Of a stretch of DNA of 53,727 bases, positions 10,509 through 20,181 are shown piece after piece. Position 1 is the stretch's first letter, and each line of letters opens with the position of its first letter. The notes below the pieces were generated by a model, which worked only from the letters and a program-made list of their open reading frames with translations, was not told the origin of the DNA and searched no databases. A program made the position numbers and the translations under genes. Origin of the DNA: an uncultured Methanosarcinales archaeon (GTDB taxonomy: Archaea > Nanobdellota > Nanobdellia > Woesearchaeales > CAYMBN01); NCBI GenBank assembly GCA_964388715.1, contig CAYMBN010000009.1, forward strand, positions 1 to 53,727. The letters are read 5' to 3'.

Positions 10509-12530
10509 ATGAACACAGATGAGATGGAAATTAGACAATTAATCCATCAGGAATTAGAAAAACAAAAGAAAAAAGAAGTATACAAGAGAAAAATAAAGAG
10601 TATTTTTCATAGTAAACCTGCTCTTAAAAAAGCAATTAAACTTCCTAAACCACCTAAATCTATTCATCACAAAACTAAACACAAACCATTTTCCAAATTA
10701 TTCTCCAAATCAATCAAACCACCTCTAGAACTAGACAAAGAAATGGAAAAAGAACTTAAAAAAGCAGGATTAAAAAAGAAACCTGCTAAAAAAGAGGAAA
10801 AACAAATAAAGTCCAAAAAAACCAAGAAAAGTGAACTTTTAAAACAAAAACAAGAACTAAAAGAACTTGCAAAGATAAAAGAACAAGAAAAAAAACAACT
10901 CAAACTCAAATTAGAACTCAAAAAAGAAAGAAAAAGAAAAACCCGCAAATTCTTCCATGACAATTTAGGTTTATTCAAAACAAAATCAGAATTAAAGAGA
11001 ATAAAACAACAAAAGGCTAAAAAACAAACCAGAGAACTTGAATTAGAAAAAGAAAAAGAACAAAAAGCAGCTAAATTAGAAACAAAAAAACTCAAACTGA
11101 TAAAAGAAAAACAACACAAACAAGAAGAATTAAAGAAAAAGCAGGAACAAGAAGAAAAAACAAGAGAAAAACAAGAAGAAAGAAAACAAAAAGAACAAAA
11201 AAGAAGACAAGAACAAAAAGAAGAAAGAAAAGAACAAAAAAGACTAAAAAAACTTCAAAAAGAAAAAGCAAAAAGAAAAAAACAAGAACTAGCTAAACTA
11301 AAACAACTCAAACTCAAAGAAAAAGAAGAAAAACAACTAAAATCTAAACTAAAAAGAGAAAGAAAAAGGAAAATACACAAATTTTTCCATGACAATTTAG
11401 GTTTATTCAGAACAAAATCAGAATTAAAGAGAATAGAACAACAAAAAGCAAAGAAAAAAGATAGAGAATTTGAGTTAGAAAAGGAAAAAGAACAAAAAGC
11501 AGCTGAATTACAAAGAAGAAGATTAAAATTAATCAAAGAAAAACAGCACAAACAAGAAGAATTAAAGAAAAAGCAGGAACAAGAAGAAAAAACAAAAGAA
11601 AAACAGAAAGAAAGAAAACAAAAACAAAAAGAAGAAAGAAAAGAACAAAAAAGACTCAAAAAACTTCAAAAACTTTCAAAGAAAGGTTTAGAGAAGTCAA
11701 AGACTTCTCAAAAAGAAAGAGAATTAAAACTAAAATTAGAGAGAAAAAAAGAACAAGAAAAACAAAGACAACTCAAACTAAAAGAACAAGAAGAAAAACA
11801 ACTCAAATTAAAATTAAAAAGAGAAAGAAAAAGAAAAATACACAAATTCCTCCATGATAATTTTGGTTTATTCAAAATAAAGAAAAGAAAACACAAAAAA
11901 CCAGAAAAACAACCAAAAGCCAAAGAGAAAATAACAAAAAAACCAAAAAAACACAAAAAAATCACAATACACGAATTCCTTCACAAAAACATAGCTTTAT
12001 TTGAAAAGAATTCAGAGTTAAAGAAAATTAAAAAACTCAAAGCACAGAGAAAAGCACAAGAGTTAAAACTCAAATCTATAAGAAAACAACAAACTGAAGA
12101 AAAACAACAAATAAAAGAAAATGAAAAAAACAAACAAAGAGAAATAAACAAAAAAATAAAACTAAGAAAACAAAAAAAGAAGCAACTTCATAATTATTTA
12201 CATTATACTCTTGGTATGTTTAAAACAAAACAAGAATTACTAGAAATCAAAAAACTTAAATCACAAAGAAAAGCTGAAGAATTTAGATTAAAATGTTTAC
12301 AGGAAAAAGAAAAACAAGAATTACAAAAAATCAGAGAAATAAAAGGAAAACCAAAAAAAATAAGTGTCAAAAGTAAAATTGAATCTTTTAAATATAAAGA
12401 ATCCAAAAAAATATTCCCTTTAATCAAAAAATTACATTCACAAGGACACAAAAAACATCATATCAAAAAAGCTTTCCTAAGAAAAGGTTGGCAGGAAAAG
12501 ATAATTGATGAGATTTTTCAAAAGATTTAA
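10509..12530 (+). CDS. Lys/Glu/Gln-rich repetitive coiled-coil protein with 5 copies of an F(F/L)HDN(L/F)GLF-type motif
   Basis: 673 aa ORF with a GAGG RBS-like sequence upstream; charged low-complexity helices; C-terminal domain resembles the tail of the upstream giant protein. Confidence 0.8.
   Translation: MNTDEMEIRQLIHQELEKQKKKEVYKRKIKSIFHSKPALKKAIKLPKPPKSIHHKTKHKPFSKLFSKSIKPPLELDKEMEKELKKAGLKKKPAKKEEKQIKSKKTKKSELLKQKQELKELAKIKEQEKKQLKLKLELKKERKRKTRKFFHDNLGLFKTKSELKRIKQQKAKKQTRELELEKEKEQKAAKLETKKLKLIKEKQHKQEELKKKQEQEEKTREKQEERKQKEQKRRQEQKEERKEQKRLKKLQKEKAKRKKQELAKLKQLKLKEKEEKQLKSKLKRERKRKIHKFFHDNLGLFRTKSELKRIEQQKAKKKDREFELEKEKEQKAAELQRRRLKLIKEKQHKQEELKKKQEQEEKTKEKQKERKQKQKEERKEQKRLKKLQKLSKKGLEKSKTSQKERELKLKLERKKEQEKQRQLKLKEQEEKQLKLKLKRERKRKIHKFLHDNFGLFKIKKRKHKKPEKQPKAKEKITKKPKKHKKITIHEFLHKNIALFEKNSELKKIKKLKAQRKAQELKLKSIRKQQTEEKQQIKENEKNKQREINKKIKLRKQKKKQLHNYLHYTLGMFKTKQELLEIKKLKSQRKAEEFRLKCLQEKEKQELQKIREIKGKPKKISVKSKIESFKYKESKKIFPLIKKLHSQGHKKHHIKKAFLRKGWQEKIIDEIFQKI
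10885..11885 (+). repeat. Intragenic imperfect direct repeats (period ~432-465 bp)
   Basis: ccatgacaatttaggtttattc at 10955 and 11387, and ccatgataattttggtttattc at 11852, with extended flanking identity. Confidence 0.85.
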
Positions 12531-12558
12531 ATATGCAAAACCAATATAAAAATAAAAG

Positions 12559-13134
12559 ATGGTGATAAAAATGGTTGAAGATGAATATGAAATAATGCCA
12601 CATAAGGCTGTTGAAAAACTTAAAAAACAAATTGATAATATGAAAAAAGCAGGACTCACAGACCCTGCACAAGTTAAAGAACTACAAGGTTCTATACAAC
12701 AATTAAATTCTAACATGGCTAACATGATACAAGTATTTCATGCTGCTTCAGAACAAATGAAAGGCGAAGAGGAAGCCTTATCAGCGCCTGAAATAAAGAT
12801 GATTAACACAAAACTTGATGCGTTAGTTGACCAAAATAAGAAGATTGCAAGAGCACTTGTTGCAATTTCAGACATGATCAAAGGACCACAACCAGCTAAA
12901 CCACCAATGACAAAACCATTACCACCAAAACCTACAACTCATAAAACAGGATTTCCACCTCCTACAGTAATACCTTCATTCAACTCACCACCAACCCCTC
13001 CATTACCAGGTGGAAAAAGGAAACCTGCTCCAAGCATACCAAAACCAAATGAACCACTTGACCTTCCTGACTTTGACTTTGACCTAACTAAACCAAAAAA
13101 GAAAAAAAGTTTGTTTGGATTCCTCAAAAAATGA
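12559..13134 (+). CDS. Hypothetical protein: N-terminal coiled coil, Pro-rich linker, C-terminal KKKKSLFGFLKK amphipathic motif
   Basis: 191 aa ORF. The real start may be the second Met (12571), since GGTGA lies just upstream of it. Confidence 0.75.
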   Translation: MVIKMVEDEYEIMPHKAVEKLKKQIDNMKKAGLTDPAQVKELQGSIQQLNSNMANMIQVFHAASEQMKGEEEALSAPEIKMINTKLDALVDQNKKIARALVAISDMIKGPQPAKPPMTKPLPPKPTTHKTGFPPPTVIPSFNSPPTPPLPGGKRKPAPSIPKPNEPLDLPDFDFDLTKPKKKKSLFGFLKK

Positions 13135-13766
13135 CTACAAAAATTAGACGTTTCCTTAAATATGCAGCTTTAGCAAATAAAAAAACAAACAAAAAGCAAC
13201 CATTACCACTACCAATTAGATTACCCAAACAACTCAAACAATTCAAACAACTCAAAAAACCAATTTTACCTATTTCATCAAAACATACTGATGATAAAAT
13301 AATTGTTCTTGAACAAAAACTAAAACTTGCACTTGAAAAAGAAAATCTACTTTTTCAATCACAAGTACAAGATATAAGACAAATAAAACAATTAAAACAA
13401 AAAATATCAAAACTTGAATCAAATCTTTCTTCGATACAAAAACTAAATCAAACAGTTTCAAGCTTAAAATATCAATTTGATAAACATATTTCAAAGAAAA
13501 AACAAGTTGAACAAATTGAAAATCATATACTAAAACTTGAACAAAAGTATATTTCACTCAAATTAAAGTATCCTGAAGAAAAACTTATTCAAATAAAACA
13601 AAGAATAGATAAACTTAAAGCAACGATAAAACCACAACATGAACTTTTCCCAGATCTGAAACAACTTAAAAGTATTCACTCAATGAAATCAATATCACTT
13701 CCAAGATTAAAATTCCCAAATCTAGTACCTTTATCACAAAAAGAACCAGATTTACCTGAATTCTAA
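13131..13766 (+). CDS. Hypothetical coiled-coil protein
   Basis: 211 aa ORF overlapping the end of the previous gene; heptad-like central region. Confidence 0.7.
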   Translation: MTTKIRRFLKYAALANKKTNKKQPLPLPIRLPKQLKQFKQLKKPILPISSKHTDDKIIVLEQKLKLALEKENLLFQSQVQDIRQIKQLKQKISKLESNLSSIQKLNQTVSSLKYQFDKHISKKKQVEQIENHILKLEQKYISLKLKYPEEKLIQIKQRIDKLKATIKPQHELFPDLKQLKSIHSMKSISLPRLKFPNLVPLSQKEPDLPEF

Positions 13767-13785
13767 AAAAAAAGAAAAAATTGGC

Positions 13786-13947
13786 TTAAAGATCTTTAGC
13801 CATAACAGTTTTTCTACCGTTTGCTTCAGCTCTTGCACAAGCAGCTTTAACAAGATCCTGTGCTTTTTGATCTAGAGCATCTGCAAGATCACCTGCAACA
13901 TTAAATCCAGAAGCAGCTTCTTTCAATTTTGCTTTTACTACCAACAT
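13786..13947 (-). CDS. Small histone-fold protein (DUF1931-like), 53 aa
   Basis: Not in the ORF track. Translates to MLVVKAKLKEAASGFNVAGDLADALDQKAQDLVKAACARAEANGRKTVMAKDL. Carries the histone RKTV..(R/K)D motif, a GGAGGTG RBS at 13955-13961 and a downstream T-tract. Confidence 0.85.
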   Translation of the reverse strand: MLVVKAKLKEAASGFNVAGDLADALDQKAQDLVKAACARAEANGRKTVMAKDL

Positions 13948-14073
13948 ATCCAAACACCTCCTGTAGGATTGAACTACCTTTTTTCAAATAAAACAATATG
14001 TTTCTTATATATAAATGTTTTGGCTAAAACACCAGAATTTGCCCTTTTTAGAGCTTCAGAGTGGTAAATTCCA

Positions 14074-15762
14074 TTATTTGTGGGTAAACCAGAAAACTAA
14101 TTTATCCTTCTTTTTTTCATCCAACCTACAGAAACCAAACCTTTCAAGTTGTACAATATCTCCTTTCTTTAACTTACTCAAACTTTTTTCACCATAACCT
14201 TCTGTGTAATGTCCTTCAGGCATCATAACCGCAACATTAACAAGCTCTTTATCCTTAGGCAACCAATGTATAATCCTTTCTCCCTTATTTTTATATTTCT
14301 CATACTCTAAAGAATCAAAAACAAACTTCTTACCTTGTTTTTTAAAATTCAAACAATCCATTAACCTGTACAACTTCCCAGCTTTAAATTCCTTATGATC
14401 ATGTTTTGAAACATAAAACACTTGTTTTGTCTTAAACTTTCTACCACCTTTAACATTACTAGGATGCAGATCAAGTTCAATATCTTGTTCAGGTGCTTTT
14501 TCTACTTTAATTTCAACAGGATCAGCTACAAAAAAATATCTGTTTGAAGCAGCATCAATAACATCTTTATTAAACGCATTAATAACTTTAAAAAACTCTT
14601 TACCACTTACTGTTTTATCATTCTTACTTGGTCCAACATCAATTGAATACTTAATAAAAGCTTCTGGTTGATAACCTCTCCTTCTCAAACTTAATAAAAA
14701 TGGTAATCTAATATCATCCCACCCAGTAAACTTACCAGATTCAATCAATGGTCGAGTTTTTGAACAACTTACTCTAAGATCCAAAAAATTAATCCTTCCA
14801 GTATGAATATGCTCAGGAACCTTTTTCTTAAAATACTTAAACAAGTAAGATTGTTTTTCAGTATTAGTAATATGATCTTTTGATTTTATAACATGCGTCA
14901 TATTCATATCCATATCATCAATACCAACAGAAAAACTCATTAAAGGCCACACTCTATACTTCTTACCTTGCCTTGGATGTTTCATATCAAGTATTCTAAA
15001 TGCAGGCCAATCTCGAATAGCAGGATTCTTATGCTTAATATCTGTCTTAATTCTTAAAATACAATCACCAGGCTGATACTTAGTAAACATATCTTTCCAT
15101 TCTTTCATATTTTCTTTAGCAGACTTTTTTCTACAAGGACAAACTTGCATTTTATGTGCCTTTTCTCTAAAATCTTCACTTTTACAATGACAAACATATG
15201 CTTTACCCATTTTAATAAGATCTTCAGCATATTTGTAATAAACTTTCATCCTATCAGATTGTACATAAAACTCAGCAATATTATCTTTTGTAACCCAATC
15301 AGCATCTTTTGGAATCAAATCATAAGCTTTATCATAAATATTTTGAGGATTTGTATCACTTATTCTTAAAATTAATTTACCATCATACATTCTACAATAC
15401 TCAGAATTAACACCTAATGTAAACGCATGCCCAACATGCATTGGACCACTTGGACTAGGTTCAAACCTCATCACTACTTTACCCTTTTTAGCATTCTTAA
15501 GCTCAGGCAATCCTGTTCTTTTCTCTTTTTTCTTCTCTTCCAGCAACTCAGGAGCACTCTTTTTAAGCTCTTCAAGCTGCTTCTCTAGCTTCATAGAATT
15601 AACTTCCTTAACAACCTTAGCAACCTCTTTTCCAATATCCTTTGCCGTCTTCTTAAGCCCAGGCTCTTCTCCAAACAATTTACCAATCACAGCCCCTGGA
15701 TTAGCCTTTCCATTGAATTTAACAGCATTCTGAAGAGCATATTTCCTTATTTTATCCTTCAT
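14074..15762 (-). CDS. gltX: Glutamate--tRNA ligase (archaeal type)
   Basis: VVMRFEPSPSGPMHVGH (HIGH motif), LRISDTNP, AYVCHC, GWDDIRLP, QLERFGFCRLD; archaeal N-terminal helical extension. Confidence 0.97.
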   Translation of the reverse strand: MKDKIRKYALQNAVKFNGKANPGAVIGKLFGEEPGLKKTAKDIGKEVAKVVKEVNSMKLEKQLEELKKSAPELLEEKKKEKRTGLPELKNAKKGKVVMRFEPSPSGPMHVGHAFTLGVNSEYCRMYDGKLILRISDTNPQNIYDKAYDLIPKDADWVTKDNIAEFYVQSDRMKVYYKYAEDLIKMGKAYVCHCKSEDFREKAHKMQVCPCRKKSAKENMKEWKDMFTKYQPGDCILRIKTDIKHKNPAIRDWPAFRILDMKHPRQGKKYRVWPLMSFSVGIDDMDMNMTHVIKSKDHITNTEKQSYLFKYFKKKVPEHIHTGRINFLDLRVSCSKTRPLIESGKFTGWDDIRLPFLLSLRRRGYQPEAFIKYSIDVGPSKNDKTVSGKEFFKVINAFNKDVIDAASNRYFFVADPVEIKVEKAPEQDIELDLHPSNVKGGRKFKTKQVFYVSKHDHKEFKAGKLYRLMDCLNFKKQGKKFVFDSLEYEKYKNKGERIIHWLPKDKELVNVAVMMPEGHYTEGYGEKSLSKLKKGDIVQLERFGFCRLDEKKKDKLVFWFTHK

Positions 15763-15815
15763 ACTAAAATAATTCTTGTTGAGATATTTAAATTTAACCT
15801 TTATAAATATGTAAC

Positions 15816-15852
15816 TACTCCAAAGTAACTAAAAAACCAAAACATTTATATA
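15816..15852 (+). promoter_or_regulatory. TACT-N4-AGTA box plus BRE/TATA (TTTATATA at 15845-15852)
   Basis: TACTccaaAGTA ends 17 nt before TTTATATA; the same arrangement recurs at 20077-20113 and 47680-47716. Confidence 0.65.
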
Positions 15853-15884
15853 TGAGTTCTTCATAAGCCAATATAGGAGTAAAA

Positions 15885-17798
15885 ATGTCTGCTGAAAACA
15901 CTAATACAGAAAGTGCTATCCCTGAATATAAACTTTATTTAATAGACCGTGTTGCACAAAACTTTAATATTACTGATGTAAGAGCTAAAGTACGTGAAAG
16001 AAGAAGATTAATTGAACAAGGCAAACTTGATCCAAATGCTCCTTTTATTTATTCTATTCAAGAAAAACCAAAAACCAATTATTTATCAAAACTAAAATAC
16101 CTAGCACTTGCTTTAGTTCCAACTATAGCTATTGCTTATTTTTCATATGAACATTTATTTAATAAAAAACCAAACCTTGAAAATTTAATTAATGAACCAC
16201 AAATTACTAAAAATGTTGAAGCTCATTTAAATTCTGTAGCAGACATTACTCCTAAACAATCTGCTGTACAGAATTTAGCAGAGGAGAAACCTGAGGTACA
16301 ACCAGTACCTCAGGATAAACCTCCTACTTTTATTCCTTATACAGGAGATTTAGTTGATTTAGCATATGATGTTGTAATTATCAAAAGACCTCATGGAGGT
16401 TACTTTGAAGAAAAAGGTTGTATCTCAACTGGTGCAATTTTTTATGATAAATCAGGCAGAGAAATGATAAGTGAAGTAGACTTAGTTTCAGCTATAGATG
16501 ATATCCTTGCAAAAAATATTTCAAGAAAGTTCCCTGGTGTAAAAGTAATATTTTTAAGAGATTATGATAAGTATCTTTCACCTAAAGAAGCAGGATCAGA
16601 ACTTACAAAGCTAATAAGAAATCTTAGTAGAGATTCATTTTACTTCCCAGAACTAAACGCAGTTATATCAAAAGACTTTTATGAACTTAAAGGTAATCAA
16701 TATGTTCTTAAGGAAAATGGAAAAGGAGCAGGAAAATTCGCAGACATTAGAGATAAAATCATTGAATTAATCGTTGAAAAAGAATTTGTAAAACTTTTAA
16801 CCAATAATGGAGTATACAGATACTTAGTTGGTGACGAATTATATATCAGAGATAATGGTAATGTTGAAAAATATTCACAATACACTGACAGGAAAAAACA
16901 AGAGATCAGACAAATGGTTAAATCAGAAAAAAATCAAGAAATCGAAACCAAATTACAAAGTTTCCTTAATAACACTCACGAACAAGTTGCTGGTAGATAT
17001 ATCCTTAAAGATGGTTATTTAACACAAGATGCTACATCTTTAGAAAAAATACTTGTACTTGAAATGCCTCACTTTAATTCAGCTGCACGTATAACATACA
17101 ATCACATAAAAAATGCTTATAACATAAGAGACAAAGAACAATCTTCAAAAAAACTTAAACAATATTGTAAAAAGTATGGTTTACGTACAGGTTCAAGAGA
17201 AAGCATGAGACTCAAACTACTTAATTATGTTAACATAATCTCTAACTTGTCAGAGGAAGAAGTAAATAAGTACTTACATTCAGATCTTGAAAGAGTTTAC
17301 TCAAGATTAGGTATTAGTACAAAAGTAAGAGATAAAGGTGTAATTAGAGAAATGACTGATAATGAACTAAGAGGAAGATTACGTTGGATGATCCCTAATA
17401 GAGGAACATTCTTTTTATACCCTACCAATGAAGTTAATCCTACAGATGAAATAGAACTTGCTATGTATATTGGTAAAGAACTACAAAGAATAGGATTAAA
17501 AAGAGATAAAAGAGGAATCGTTAATCGTTCAACAGATGTTAGAGGCAGAAACAACTTTATAAGTTCTATGCAAATGCCAACAAGTGTATATCAGGAACCA
17601 ACAATGTTATTACTAGAAGCACTAAACATTCAAAATAAAACAGATCGTGAATTTGCTGAAAAATTCATAGAACAACCAGAGATTTTTGCCAACGCAGTTG
17701 TTAAAGGTTTATATGAATATAGTAAACAAAAAACAAGAAATATAGTCCAAAGTTCATCTAGATCAATAAACAACTATTCAAGAAATCAAAAAAGATAA
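15885..17798 (+). CDS. Membrane-anchored N-acetylmuramoyl-L-alanine amidase-like protein (Amidase_3 fold with large insertions)
   Basis: TM at aa ~72-88. Motifs in family order: VVIIKRPHGG (H170), ISEVDL..I...LAK..PGVKVIFLRDYD (E197), MPHFNSA (H396), RGTFFLY, LA..I.KEL....RDKRG, PTMLLLEALNIQN..D (E578), FANAVVKGLYEY. Confidence 0.75.
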   Translation: MSAENTNTESAIPEYKLYLIDRVAQNFNITDVRAKVRERRRLIEQGKLDPNAPFIYSIQEKPKTNYLSKLKYLALALVPTIAIAYFSYEHLFNKKPNLENLINEPQITKNVEAHLNSVADITPKQSAVQNLAEEKPEVQPVPQDKPPTFIPYTGDLVDLAYDVVIIKRPHGGYFEEKGCISTGAIFYDKSGREMISEVDLVSAIDDILAKNISRKFPGVKVIFLRDYDKYLSPKEAGSELTKLIRNLSRDSFYFPELNAVISKDFYELKGNQYVLKENGKGAGKFADIRDKIIELIVEKEFVKLLTNNGVYRYLVGDELYIRDNGNVEKYSQYTDRKKQEIRQMVKSEKNQEIETKLQSFLNNTHEQVAGRYILKDGYLTQDATSLEKILVLEMPHFNSAARITYNHIKNAYNIRDKEQSSKKLKQYCKKYGLRTGSRESMRLKLLNYVNIISNLSEEEVNKYLHSDLERVYSRLGISTKVRDKGVIREMTDNELRGRLRWMIPNRGTFFLYPTNEVNPTDEIELAMYIGKELQRIGLKRDKRGIVNRSTDVRGRNNFISSMQMPTSVYQEPTMLLLEALNIQNKTDREFAEKFIEQPEIFANAVVKGLYEYSKQKTRNIVQSSSRSINNYSRNQKR

Positions 17799-17811
17799 AA
17801 AATTATAATTT

Positions 17812-18597
17812 TTATTTTGTTACATTAGTTTGATTATCAATTTTATATGTTAACAATTCCTGTTTTATTTTTCTAATTGGATTAACTAAAAGACATTTTC
17901 CTGTCAGTCTTCTATACTTTTGAATATATGTCTCTTTTGATCCCTTATCACCTAAAACTCCTTCCATTTCTTCATAAAGCATATTAGAAACTGCAACTGC
18001 CTCAACTAATTGTTCAGCAGCTTTTTTAAAGTGAACATTCATTTCTTCTACTGTTCCAGAATATGGTTTCTCAGCTCTTTTATATGATGGGTTTAAATCT
18101 GTTTTTAATTCAATTGTACCCAAATTATCAGGCATATCTATTTTTATTGGATTACTTAGTAATATTCTTGCTCTTTTTAAATTTTCTTTACTAATACCAT
18201 ATGCTTGCTTAAGCTCATCAACTTCTTTTTTTGTAATCTCCAAAATCTTAACTTCTTGTAGAAAATACTTAACAGCTTGTTCAACATGTTCTGAAACTTT
18301 ACTTAATTCTCCTAAATAATGTGTTTCAGAATCATAAGATAAATATCCAAAATTTTCATTTAATTTTACTGTGCCAAGATTATCTGAAACTCTTACTTCC
18401 AAAGAATTAGGGCTAAACAGTTTAACTAATTTTAAACTTTCTTCACTTACCATATATTTTCCTTTACTTCTTTGAATTGCTTCACATACATCAACAACCA
18501 CTCTTATTTCTTGAGTATCTCTTCTAAAAGATTTTAATAGGTCATCATCAACATAACCTTCTAAGTCCACAATAGGGTCATAATCTTTCATTTTCAT
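17812..18597 (-). CDS. Hypothetical protein with two tandem internal repeats
   Basis: 261 aa; VRVSDNLGTVKL...YLGELSKVSEHVEQAV matches IDMPDNLGTIEL...YSGTVEEMNVHFKKAA. Confidence 0.75.
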   Translation of the reverse strand: MKMKDYDPIVDLEGYVDDDLLKSFRRDTQEIRVVVDVCEAIQRSKGKYMVSEESLKLVKLFSPNSLEVRVSDNLGTVKLNENFGYLSYDSETHYLGELSKVSEHVEQAVKYFLQEVKILEITKKEVDELKQAYGISKENLKRARILLSNPIKIDMPDNLGTIELKTDLNPSYKRAEKPYSGTVEEMNVHFKKAAEQLVEAVAVSNMLYEEMEGVLGDKGSKETYIQKYRRLTGKCLLVNPIRKIKQELLTYKIDNQTNVTK

Positions 18598-19517
18598 TAA
18601 GGTGTATATGGTAATTGAATAGCTTTATCTTCCATAGGCTCTGGACTAAAATAAATATAATCACTGATACCCTTCTTTTTACCAAAACCAACTTTCCAAT
18701 TTACTTTATTCTCATCGTCTTTAACAGTACATACTTTTCCTTTGTTTTCTGATGCAATAGTTTCATATTCATTAGCATCTTTAAATCTTTGTCTGAGACT
18801 TTTCATAACCATTACCAATTCAATAAAATTTTGAACAGGTTCGACAAAATCAGAAGATAAATTGTCAGTATTAACTTCTAATGCATCAAAATCAACTTCA
18901 TCAAAATTACATTCTTTAAAATTACCATCTTCCTGTTTAACATAAACACTTGCACTATCAAGAGTCTTATCATTATATTTTATTTTTACATAAACATTAT
19001 CATTAATAAAAATTCCAAGATCATTTCCATCATTAACAAGGTCACCAACACTTTGTTTATAACTCTCACTATAAACTCCTGAGTCCCTTAATCTTTTTTG
19101 GGTTTGTTTAGTTGCCTTTAGTAAATTTCCTAGTCTCTTATCTGCCTGAACAACAATATTTAAATCTTCTTCTTTAATACCATACTTTTTAAGATCAAGC
19201 TCATCAAAACTAATGTTTTTAAATTTACCATCTATTTGTTTTTCAAGGAAAGAAACGTCAACTGTTCTTATACTCTTTGGAACAACATCTTCAACACTTG
19301 CTTGTGAATCTCCATATTCAATTTTAACATAAAGATCTCCTTTAACATGTATCACTCTTTCTTTAAACACATCAAGTTGATCATCATTTCCTTGTAATCT
19401 TTGATAAGATTTTTTTGAATCACCTTGCAATTGAACTTTATTACCATAATTAGTAAAAGCATTTAATGCTCCTTGTAAATTAAAACGTTTTTTTACTTTT
19501 TTTTCAAGATTTTCCAT
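18597..19517 (-). CDS. Hypothetical protein with two tandem internal repeats
   Basis: Likely start is the ATG at 19517 after GGAGGAG (track start 19538). DLYVKIEY...KQIDGKFKNISFDELD matches NVYVKIKY...KQEDGNFKECNFDEVD. Confidence 0.75.
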   Translation of the reverse strand: MENLEKKVKKRFNLQGALNAFTNYGNKVQLQGDSKKSYQRLQGNDDQLDVFKERVIHVKGDLYVKIEYGDSQASVEDVVPKSIRTVDVSFLEKQIDGKFKNISFDELDLKKYGIKEEDLNIVVQADKRLGNLLKATKQTQKRLRDSGVYSESYKQSVGDLVNDGNDLGIFINDNVYVKIKYNDKTLDSASVYVKQEDGNFKECNFDEVDFDALEVNTDNLSSDFVEPVQNFIELVMVMKSLRQRFKDANEYETIASENKGKVCTVKDDENKVNWKVGFGKKKGISDYIYFSPEPMEDKAIQLPYTP

Positions 19518-19519
19518 TT

Positions 19520-20051
19520 TTATTCTCCTCCTTGACACATTCTAGCATGATAAAATTTTCCGTCATTCATATTTTGTATAACTTCTTCAAATCCACTCAA
19601 TTGGGTGTCTGAAACTCTTACTTGAACACCCATTGGTAAATCATAATTTCCATCATCTTTTCTTACTTTAGTTGCGAGACCAATTGCAGCAAACAAAGCA
19701 GTTTTTTTGTCCATTTCTAAACTATTTAATCTTTTTTCTGCTTGTTCTACTGTTATTGAATCGCGATCATAATTGTCCATTAATTTAATCTTAATACCAT
19801 CTTTTTCTATAATACCTTTTTCAGTTAATTCTTGATAATTTGAGTTTAACATATCATTAGCTTTTCCAAGCTCTTTATGAATTATATTGAAATGTTTTCT
19901 GTATTCCCTTAGTTGATTATCATTAGGCACAAATATTGCATCTGNNNNNNNNNNNNNNNNNNNNNNNNNNNNNNNNNNNNNNNNNNNNNNNNNNNNNNNN
20001 NNNNNNNNNNNNNNNNNNNNNNNNNNNNNNNNNNNNNNNNNNNNTACTCAT
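19520..20051 (-). CDS. Hypothetical protein spanning the assembly gap
   Basis: The frame of ORF 19520..19930 stays open up to the gap (DAIFVPND). On the other side of the gap an ATG at 20051 is preceded by GAGGT and a TATA box. Confidence 0.6.
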
Positions 20052-20076
20052 TATACCTCTAAAAAACAAGAACCCA

Positions 20077-20113
20077 TATATAAACCTTTCGGTTTTTTAA
20101 CTACTAAAAAGTA
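20077..20113 (-). promoter_or_regulatory. TACT-N4-AGTA box plus BRE/TATA for the three-gene operon
   Basis: The minus strand reads TACTttttAGTA, then 17 nt including CCGAAAGG, then TTTATATA. Confidence 0.65.
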
Positions 20114-20181
20114 ACAAATACTCCAAAACCCAAGAAATCAACCTCTACAAGCCTTAAAAACAAAGAAAAAAAAGAATAAGA

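Noticed and set aside
10885..11885. Direct repeats as a CRISPR array or DGR template/variable repeat
   Set aside because: They are in-frame coding repeats with a period over 400 bp; there is no spacer structure and no cas or reverse transcriptase gene.
9844..12451. Several minus-strand ORFs rich in F/L/S/C
   Set aside because: They are antisense shadows of the K/E-rich plus-strand genes, with no RBS or independent motifs.
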